From Eledone cirrhosa (Eukaryota), in contig OZ024742.1 of NCBI GenBank assembly GCA_964016885.1, forward strand, positions 4,030,001 through 4,094,000: a DNA stretch of 64,000 nt, given 5' to 3'. This document shows, piece by piece, positions 53,742 to 64,000 of this stretch. A program made the position numbers and the translations under genes. Under the pieces are notes generated by a model that made no database searches, had not been told where the DNA came from, and saw only the letters and a program-made list of their open reading frames with translations. Position 1 is the stretch's first letter. Every line of letters begins with the position of its first letter.

Positions 53742-53953
53742 GGCGACCTACGTAGTAAATCGTATCATCGTGAGCTCCGCAAAGGTTTGTTATTTTCAGA
53801 TGTTCAAAATTGCCATTCATGGAAAATTTTATTGTTAACTGTATATAAGTGCACCTACATTGTTATCTGAAAAGGACACCCAAAAAGATTGGAGCCTTGA
53901 GCCCAAAATTTAAACTTTTATAATTATCAAACAAAAGTTTTTTTTGAAACATC

Positions 53954-55600
53954 ATGGCTGACTCAGGGTCACTCCTTTCTCACAAACTAACACCTCACGC
54001 CGACACCACCATTGTAAATATTACTACGCTTGCCAACACTAAAAAAAATATAAGCAGTAGCAATATTTTAAATTTGTCTCAGGCAGACACTCATTTCCCG
54101 CCATTACCAATGACTGCAGGTGTTAAAGCCGCCATCACCACCACCACCGCGACAACCCCCACCCCCACCACCACCGCGACAACAGAAACAAAAGAAAAAA
54201 ATAAATTAACGCGTGATATCGAAATGAATTCAACCAAAATGAACTCTTCCACACAGAACACCACTGACGCCACCACCACCACAACTGAAACTAAAATTAA
54301 TAATAACAAAATTAACGATAACAATAACAGCAACAATGACATTAAGAAAACCACTCTGAGTTTTGCCAGAGTAGCAAAACAGTGCGAAGCATTTCAGGTA
54401 ACTCAGGATGAATTAGAAGAAGCCAAAAAAATGGTAAAGAGAGATGGGTACAGGGTCAGCCCCCCCCCCCCCCCCCTCCAACACACACCTAATAAAATGG
54501 AGCATCGGCGCCTATGCACCGTGTCTTATCGAACAATTAATATAAAATCGCGCCGAGTGGAACGGGCATCCGAGTCCCAAATCCAAAATGCTTTGGGACA
54601 TGTGTGGGCAAAAAAAACCCACATCAGACGTGGGCAGAAGTATGGTACCGTGGACGTGTTCTTTGAAACACCACAGGAGGCTAGAGAACACTCCATGGCC
54701 CCATTAAGAAGTGACGACTTCACACTCGTCCCAAGCTATTGTGGCCAGAGACTCGTAAAGTTCAGGGTGACCCACGTTCCACCGGCCATCGACATTCCCT
54801 GGCTAATAGCTGCCGTCCTCGCCGGCATCGAAGCCAACATCAAGATAATCGAAATAGCGAAAGAAAAGGGGCCACTTCTTTCGCAGGTATGGTCCGAAAT
54901 ATAGAAACAGTGCTAGTCACGGAGGAGGAGATTGCAGTCGCAAGAGCCCATGGTGTCGAGAAACGACAACAGAGTTTCCCTGAAACCTCCACCCGATTTT
55001 TTCAAAGACCAGCAACTGCGCACGGTGACTTACCGCAACGTAAGCAAAATGTCGCATCGGGTGGAGAGAGCCACGGAGGCTCTTAACCAAAAGGCCTTGG
55101 GATGCGTCTGGGCGCGCAAAACGCACATCACCCGCAGCAAAAAGTACGCCACAGTAGACGTACTTTTCGCCACACCCCAACAGGCGAAGTCTCACTCTTT
55201 GGAAACCCTAAAGAGTGAGGAGATAGGCTTGGTGCCCTCCTACTGCGGGCAGAAAATTGTGAGGGTCAAAGTGATCCACGCCCCGCCCGACGTGACCATA
55301 CCTTGGCTGGCTGCGTCTGTAATGGCTGGAATCGAGGAGAAGACCACCATACTGCAAATTCAGAGAATGGGGAGAGAGAAGTGGTCAGGAATAGGCATGG
55401 AAAAAGTTAATAGAGTCTGATCAGGAGTGCATCGAGGCCATCCCAGACCTCATAGACCTCGAAGAAGGGCTCCAACTTCCTATAAGCGGGGAAAGAAGGC
55501 GCCCAAAGTGCTATCTCTGTGGGCAGAGGGTCACCTCAGGGCCTTCTGCCCGCAGAAGACATCCAAGAAGAGGGCTCTCCTCCTTCCAACGCTTGATCTG
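53954..55600 (+). pseudogene. LINE ORF1 with two tandem homologous modules and a zinc-knuckle remnant
   Basis: RVERA..ALG.VWA.KTHI.R..KY.TVDV.F.TP..LVPSYCGQ..PWL.A.V.AGIE occurs twice; CYLCG..GHLRAFC across a frameshift at ~55510-55550. Confidence 0.75.
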
Positions 55601-56448
55601 CGGCTACCAAGAGCAGGGCAGGCAACAGAGGCAGAAGACCCTTACATGATGAGTAGGATGGCAACGTCCGTGGCACCCATACCAAGGCCACGGACAATTA
55701 AAACAGCGGCAGCAGTGGCGGCAACACCAACAGTCGCAGTAGCTACGCCGGCGGTAAAATCGCCGGAGCGGGCTCCACTACCGCCACCAACAGCAGTGGA
55801 GCTCATGCCCCTGCCGGACGCCGGGAGTGTGAGGCGGGAGGGAAGTGGCAAACGGTGCGCCACAAATAAAGAAAAAAGAAAAAAACCTTAGCTTCACCCT
55901 CCAGAAGAGAAGGCAGACAAAGAGGAGTAAAGGCTGCAAGGAGACTTGCAGCTGCACCACCACCATTACCATCACCAGGACAAGCATCACCACCAACAAC
56001 AACCATACCACCACCATCATCACCAAAAACACCAACATCGCAAACACAACAAAACACACACACACACACCCAACAGCAACAACAAGGAAACAGCAACAAA
56101 ATCGCCCCTCCCCGCAAAAAGTACACAGCCATAAACATGGCAAATAAAGAATTCCTACAACACATAAAGAAGCACACAAAATCACAGACAAAAACTACTA
56201 CACCCCATCAACACCAAGAATTCTCCCGACAAACATAAGCATCATTGAAATCTCAATAGAACATTACAAACTTTCAAAGAAAAAATTCCCCAACGCAGTT
56301 GGAGACTTCAGAGGTTCGGTTACTAAGAGGATATACACCGACATCCTCTTGGAAACACCCACGACCAGCAAACTGTCCCTTCTACTGTCCTTTCACCACA
56401 CGATCAAGCTACGTGATCCTTTCTCACTTACCCCGTTTCTCATCCAAC

Positions 56449-59325
56449 ATGAACGTACATAGAATAGGCAGTATAAATGTACGTGGCCTGGGGTCGTCTT
56501 GGAAGCAGGGTCACCTGCTCAACGACCTCAGGTCACTAAACATAGATGTGGTGGCCATTTAGTGAGATCAGAATCTCCGAAGCACGAGCCTTCGCACCGA
56601 TTTTCGGTGGCTACGATGTATACGCATCTGCCCGCGGTCCAGGATCGGGGGAGGGGTTGCCATGCTTTTTCGGAGAGGTTTAGATCTCGCCATACGGGCC
56701 ATCTTCCTGGACCCAGAAGGTAAGTTGGTGGGAATGGACGTGTCCGGCAGCGAAGGCAATGTTTTCAGGCTAGTAGCCGTCTACGCCCCAACACGGGCAG
56801 GACGGCCAGATCTCTTCAGACGTCTAGAGACCATTCTTGGAACGTCCCGCTCTTTAGAGTTAGTGGGCGACTGGAACGGTATCTTAGATCCACGCTGGGA
56901 TCATGTGGGCTAGTAGACAGGGATGGATGGTGTAAAAGCCTCACCAACCTGCTCAGACGTTTTGAACTCTCTGACAGGTATAGACTGGATCATTCGAATG
57001 TGCCAATGTGGACGTGGGCACACCGCATGGGGTCATCCAGATCGTATTTACATAGAGTATTCTGTAGGGAAACAGATAAGGCTAGTGTAGGTTGTCCACA
57101 ATTTAAAGTAGTCGACTACACGGACCACAAATTTGTGATCTGTGAAGTTGACTTACATAGATTCCATAGGCAAGAGCCCGGCTACTGGAAGCTGAACGCG
57201 TTGTTCCCGGCACTCAAACCTTACAGAGACCGCAGAGCGAATTAGTTAAGCGTGCGTTGACGGGTGCGATCGTCAACAACAGGTGGTGGTATACCAAGAA
57301 AAGGACTATTAGAGTAGAATCGATAAGGTTTAGCAAAGGAGTAGTGATAGAAGAAAATAGAGTAGAGGGAGAGTTAGTTAGAAAGCTAGAAGAGGCGTTT
57401 AGGACAGGCACCGAAACCGACGTGCTTGCGGCGAGATTGGCACTCGACCAATTCTTCAACGCAAAGCATGAAGGCTGCGTTGTCAGAGCTAGAGCGCGTG
57501 CTCTAAGACATGAGGGGACGAAAGCCGTTCAATGGGCCCGGGTGGTGGAGGCACGACGTGGCAACAAGTCCACAATTCGGTCTTTGCTTGATCAAAACGA
57601 ACGCATGTTGCTCGAACCCGAGCAGATGTGTGCTGCTTTTAAACAGCACTTTGCTCAATTGTTCGGGAGCGGCGGCGGGCCGGATCGGCATATGGACTTC
57701 TGTGCATACCTCGATGGACTGCCGCGGCTCTCGACGACCGCAGCGCAGTGCTGCGAAAAGCCGATAACAGCAGGCGAAATACGGGGCGCGATGTCTGACT
57801 GCACGATGGGTAAATCGCCAGTTTGGATGTTCTGCCCTACGACATTTCTGCGTATATGCCAGACTTATTCGGCGACCTTTGGCAGATGTCTACTGCAACT
57901 GGCAGCAGAACAGGAACATTCCCAGTTTTGTGAGCCGGTGAGCGGTGGCGCTGCAGAGAAAAGACCCGAAGGAGGGGGACGTTATAGACAAAGAGATTGT
58001 CGTCGGTGATCTGGTGGGAGAGGTGAAGATATACGCCATTCCGGACATATCATCCACGACAACCTCCATCCATCTCATGCGATACATCATAGAGAGGGTG
58101 GTTAAGGAACCTGGCACGGGTGGGTCCCTGATCAACTTGGATCAATCTAAAGCATTTGATAGGGTCGACCATCGGTAACTGGCTGCGGTCCTCGAAGCGG
58201 CCGGCTTCGGGCCCGTTTTTAGGGGCTAGATGGCTGCGATGCACAGCGACATCTGCTCGATTGTGAGGGTGAATGGTCACCTGTCGTAGCCTTTCAGCAT
58301 CATGCGCTCGATCCGCCAGGGTTGCCCCCTCTCGTCCCTCTTGTAAGTACTGGCCCTAGAGCATTTACTGCACAAATTGGAGACGATGAGGGGTGTCCCA
58401 CGCGAACTGGGATGCGAGAGATCCGTGTCAGCTTACGCCGACGACGTCACCGTGGTGGTGTCGAGCACCAAACACGTCCAGATGCTCGGCACCGCTCTCA
58501 AGGAATACGAAGCGGTGACAGGAGCAAAGATAAACCAGGAAAAGTCGGTGGCCTTGCAACTCGGCACCTGGAGAGGCAAGTCCATGCCGTCCAACAGCAT
58601 CGTGGGGCGCTGGACGGAATGACCGGTTAAATTGTTCGGGGTCTGGTTCGGTCCGGACTTCCAGATGGAGAAAAACTGGAGTGAGGTGACGAGCAGGGTG
58701 GCCTCTCTCACCCAGAAATGGGCCGAGAGTAGGCTGTCTCTGAAAGGTCGGGCGGAGGTGGCGAATCCGTACATAGCGTCCGTCATCTGCTACCGCCTGA
58801 CTGTCGTACCTTGCCCCCGCCCATCGCTGACCAAAATAGAGCGCCTTCTCTTCTGCTTTTTGTGGAAGGGACGTGCTCCCATGGTCAGACGATCCATTTT
58901 CTGTCAACACCCGTTGCGTGGAGGACTAGGCATGCCGTGGCTGTTGATGCGCAAACATGCGCTGAAGCTGCGACATCTCTGGTGCTTCCTTGACGGTGAA
59001 CAGGTGTGGTCGCCGTTTGCCAGACGCGCTTTTCCCCAGCTCGTCTCCTTGACGGAGCTGCAGTCCTGGATCAGGAAAAGACCGAGAGTTAGCGCTTGGA
59101 AGCTGGAATGTCTTCAAGCGCTCACCGCCCTCTACCAGATGGGCACTAGTATCGGTGGAACATCCACCTCGGCATTCTATAGGGGGCTAGTGGAGGGAAA
59201 GAGCGACGACGTTCTCGGGGAGATCATGGGCGTCGAAGACGATTTGCTTTTCGCTCTCTTCAAGAGAACTTTCAGACCGGGGCCTATGGACAACTTCCAG
59301 AAATCCCTGGCCTGGCAATGTCTTT
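56449..59325 (+). pseudogene. LINE ORF2 (APE endonuclease + RT), many stops and frameshifts
   Basis: MNVHRIGSINVRGL, VYAP, GDWN, TDHK, GYWKLN, DQSKAFDRV, QGCPLS, AYADD, GAKINQEKS, GGLGMP. Confidence 0.92.
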
Positions 59326-59389
59326 GTGTTCTTGTCTTTAGTCAATATTTTCTTCCATATTTCTTCGTCCTATTTTTTCCTTCTTCAAC

Positions 59390-59537
59390 TATTAACACCA
59401 CTACTACTAACATTACTACTACTAACACTACTACTAACACTACTACTAGTAACACCACTACTACTAACACAACTACTAATAACACCACTACTACTAACAC
59501 CACTACTACTACTAACACTACTACTACTAACACCACC

Positions 59538-59604
<67 letters not shown>

Positions 59605-59844
59605 ACACCACTACTACTACTAACACTACTACTAACACCACTACTACTAACACTACTACTACTAACACCACTACTGCTAACACTACTACTAACACTACTA
59701 CTACTAACACCACTACTACTACTAACACTACTACTAACATTACAACTACTACAACTACTACAACTACTAACGCTGCAACTAACATTACCACTTCTATTAC
59801 CACTACTACTACTATTCCAACTAACATTACCACTTCTATTGCTG

Positions 59845-59892
<48 letters not shown>

Positions 59893-59945
59893 TTCCAACT
59901 AACGTTACAACTTCTATTACTACTACTACTATTACCAATGTTACT
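59390..59945. repeat. (ACT/AAC/ACC)n trinucleotide array
   Basis: Direct reading. Confidence 0.95.
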
Positions 59946-60152
59946 TAAGCCAATCGCTTTGTTTTTAAAACATCACAAACACTTTTAACAATAGAAGCAA
60001 TATAAGATTGCTTTTTTTTTTCTCAACAAAGTGGAATTATTTCCATTTGGGTATGGGAAGCCTTATATTGCAGTATAGAAAATGTACATTAAAACAATCT
60101 TCCATAAATATAACGCACCAAAGTACTCAATACTTAGGGTAGTAGAGTGGGT

Positions 60153-60376
<224 letters not shown>

Positions 60377-60493
60377 ATATATATATGTATAAGATATATA
60401 TATATAAAGATATATATACACACACACACATATATATATACATACATATATAAATATATACATATATATACATATTTGCATGTATACATATAA

Positions 60494-60600
<107 letters not shown>

Positions 60601-60695
60601 TGTGTGTGTGTGTGTGTGTGTGTGCGTACGTATGCAAACTTACTTTTATGAATCAGCTGTACTAGAGCGAGGAATAAAATTCTTATTTTATATAC

Positions 60696-60741
<46 letters not shown>

Positions 60742-61344
60742 TCACATGCGCGTGTGTGGTTCTGCCGAATGTACTTAAAGATTCATTACGAGATCCTTTA
60801 CGCCACCTCCTAGTTATGCTGCTATTTGCGGGTATCACGTCACAATATCTATTACCTGCCCCTTAATCATTACTAAAGCATCATTAACAAACAAAGCCAC
60901 TTCTCTGTTCGTGTTCCTACCAGCCTCAGCTATAAATCTACTTCCATATGGTGTCTGTGCAACTTCAAGATCAAGATGGTTCCGGGAACACACATGATAT
61001 CCTCCTATGGGGAACCACTCAAAGCCTCCAGTACAAGCCTAATTATTTCCACCAGCGAATTCATATTCCGAGTCTTAGCTTCTAGGTTCAATTACCACTG
61101 AGAACCAACAGGTAATATATTTAGCAGACCAGGAAATTATCCGCTGCCTTATCTGCAGTTGCGATGATATTTTTTTTATTGGAGCCCCTTTAAAAGTTTC
61201 CTTATGGCATATTAAGAGTACCACCCACCCGGACTTCGCAGTCGACCCATATATATTTGTCTATTTTTTTTTTATTTCATATCGTAATACTTCAGCGGAG
61301 AGCAAACGATATTTTTGTAATATTATTATTATTATAGTTACGGA

Positions 61345-61560
61345 AGGGGTGTCAGAATCGGTAGAGCGTGGGTCACAATGCTTCGCGGTATAGAGTTACG
61401 TCTTTTTACCTTCTGAGTTCAAATTCCGCCGAAGTTAGCTTTGCTTTTCATCCTTACGGGGTCGAAAATAAAGTAACAGTATTGCACTGGGGTCAATTTA
61501 AGCGAATTTCCCCTCCCTCAAAATTGTTCACCTCGTGCCTGAATCAGAAACCATTAATAT
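61345..61560 (+). mobile_element. Diverged tRNA-SINE
   Basis: GAGTTCAAATTCCGCCGAAGTTAGCTTTGCTTTTCATCCTTACGGGGTCG. Confidence 0.8.
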
Positions 61561-61604
61561 TGTTACTGTTGTGAGAAAGACTTAGTTTGAAATCTAACAT
61601 TATC

Positions 61605-64000
61605 GTAGACTAGTGTAGGACTGTCATAGCAATGGTCGAGATACATACCAGTGGTGGTAGACTAGTGCAGGACTGTCATAGCAATTAATACTCGAGATAC
61701 ATACCAGTGGTGGTAGACTAGTGCAGGACTGTCATAGCAATTAATACTCGAGATACATACCAGTGGTGGTAGACTAGTGTAGGACTGTCATAGCAATGGT
61801 CGAGATTCATACCAGTGGTGGTAGACCAGTGCAGGTCTGTCATAGCAATGGTCGAGATACATACCAGTGGTGGTAGACTAGTGCAGGACTGTCATAGCAA
61901 TTAATACTCGAGATACATACCAGTGGTGGTAGACTAGTGTAGGACTGTCATAGCAATGGTCGAGATACATACCAGTGGTGGTAGACTAGTGCAGGACTGT
62001 CATAGCAATTAATACTCGAGATACATACCAGTGGTGGTAGACTAGTGTAGGACTGTCATAGCAATGGTCGAGATTCATACCAGTGGTGGTAGACCAGTGC
62101 AGGTCTGTCATAGCAATGGTCGAGATACATACCAGTGGTGGTAGACTAGTGCAGGTCTGTCATAGCAATGGTCGAGATACATACCAGTGGTGGTAGACTA
62201 GTGCAGGACTGTCATAGCAATGGTCGAGATACATACCAGTGGTGGTAGACTAGTGCAGGTCTGTCATAGCAATGGACGAGATACATACCAGTGGTGGTAG
62301 ACTAGTGCAGGACTGTCATAGCAATGGTCGAGATACATACCAGTGGTGGTAGACTAGTGCAGGTCTGTCATAGCAATGGTCGAGATACATACCAGTGGTG
62401 GTAGACTAGTGCAGGTCTGTCATAGCAATGGTCGAGATACATACCAGTGGTGGTAGACTAGTGCAGGTCTGTCATAGCAATGGTCGAGATACATACCAGT
62501 GGTGGTAGACTAGTGCAGGTCTGTCATAGCAATGGTCGAGATACATACCAGTGGTGGTAGACTAGTGCAGGACTGTCATAGCAATGGTCGAGATTCATAC
62601 CAGTGGTGGTAGACTAGTGCAGGTCTGTCATAGCAATGGTCGAGATACATACCAGTGGTGGTAGACTAGTGCAGGTCTGTCATAGCAATGGTCGAGATTC
62701 ATACCAGTGGTGGTAGACTAGTGCAGGTCTGTCATAGCAATGGTCGAGATACATACCAGTGGTGGTAGACTAGTGCAGGACTGTCATAGCAATGAATACT
62801 CGAGATACATACCAGTGGTGGTAGACTAGTGTAGGACTGTCATAGCAATGGTCGAGATTCATACCAGTGGTGGTAGACTAGTGCAGGTCTGTCATAGCAA
62901 TGGTCGAGATACATACCAGTGGTGGTAGACTAGTGCAGGACTGTCATAGCAATGGTCGAGATTCATACCAGTGGTGGTAGACTAGTGCAGGACTGTCATA
63001 GCAATGGTCGAGATTCATACCAGTGGTGGTAGACTAGTGCAGGTCTGTCATAGCAATGGTCGAGATACATACCAGTGGTGGTAGACTAGTGCAGGACTGT
63101 CATAGCAATTAATGGTCGAGATACATACCAGTGGTGGTAGACTAGTGCAGGTCTGTCATAGCAATGGTCGAGATACATACCAGTGGTGGTAGACTAGTGC
63201 AGGTCTGTCATAGCAATGGTCGAGATTCATACCAGTGGTGGTAGACTAGTGCAGGTCTGTCATAGCAATGGTCGAGATACATACCAGTGGTGGTAGACTA
63301 GTGCAAGACTGTCATAGCAATGGTCGAGATACATACCAGTGGTGGTAGACCAGTGCAGGACTGTCATAGCAATTAATACTCGAGATACATACCAGTGGTG
63401 GTAGACTAGTGCAGGACTGTCATAGCAATGGTCGAGATACATACCAGTGGTGGTAGACTAGTGCAGGACTGTCATAGCAATTAATACTCGAGATACATAC
63501 CAGTGGTGGTAGACTAGTGTAGGACTGTCATAGCAATGGTCGAGATTCATACCAGTGGTGGTAGACTAGTGCAGGTCTGTCATAGCAATGGTCGAGATAC
63601 ATACCAGTGGTGGTAGACTAGTGCAGGACTGTCATAGCAATTAATGGTCGAGATACATACCAGTGGTGGTAGACTAGTGCAGGTCTGTCATAGCAATGGT
63701 CGAGATACATACCAGTGGTGGTAGACTAGTGCAGGACTGTCATAGCAATGGTCGAGATACATACCAGTGGTGGTAGACTAGTGCAGGACTGTCATAGCAA
63801 TGGTCGAGATACATACCAGTGGTGGTAGACTAGTGCAGGACTGTCATAGCAATGGTCGAGATACATACCAGTGGTGGTAGACTAGTGCAGGACTGTCATA
63901 GCAATGGTCGAGATACATACCAGTGGTGGTAGACTAGTGCAGGACTGTCATAGCAATGGTCGGGATACATACCAGTGGTGGTAGACTAGTGCAGGACTGT
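61605..64000. repeat. 52-bp tandem satellite (56-bp variants), ~45 copies, runs off the window end
   Basis: Unit GTAGACTAGTGCAGG(A/T)CTGTCATAGCAATGGTCGAGATACATACCAGTGGTG. Confidence 0.98.

Larger units (their letters stand above)
53742..59325 (+). mobile_element. Decayed Tx1/L1-clade LINE, 3'-truncated
   Basis: ORF1 remnants then APE and RT motifs; more GC-rich than the flanks; boundaries approximate. Confidence 0.85.

Noticed and set aside
58632-59948. 438-aa ORF as an RT-mucin fusion
   Set aside because: Truncated LINE ORF2 reading by chance into an (ACT)n array
61605-64000. CRISPR-like array
   Set aside because: Contiguous repeats with no unique spacers and no cas genes; eukaryotic context

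Overview
Eukaryotic (animal) intergenic or intronic DNA, AT-rich and full of (TA)n/(CA)n microsatellites. The tRNA-SINE family present resembles octopus SINEs (inference from recall, not searched). No host exon can be supported, and nearly all short ORFs in the track are microsatellite translations. Recognisable content: (i) two degenerate Penelope-like retroelements (PLE; RT + CxCx5Cx5C linker + GIY-YIG), each inside a 1.6-2.6 kb inverted repeat; (ii) about 15 further fold-back or inverted PLE-terminus remnants from at least 12 sequence families, nearly all embedded in (TA)n and carrying minimal type I hammerhead ribozyme (HHR) motifs with palindromic stem III, about 25 motif copies read by eye, three families sharing a non-canonical UUGAAAA core; (iii) an apparently intact 1216-aa R4/Dong-like RLE retrotransposon in (TAA)n, plus a truncated relative in the same tract; (iv) a decayed Tx1/L1-type LINE with a duplicated ORF1 module; (v) an internally deleted hAT (Tip100-like) transposon; (vi) SINEs, trinucleotide arrays, a 26-bp minisatellite and a 52-bp satellite running off the window end. 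Main finding: a recurring (TA)n-[inverted HHR terminus, no tail]...[HHR terminus + tail]-(TA)n architecture in which the tail-less arm ends at an internal TA/TATA microhomology.
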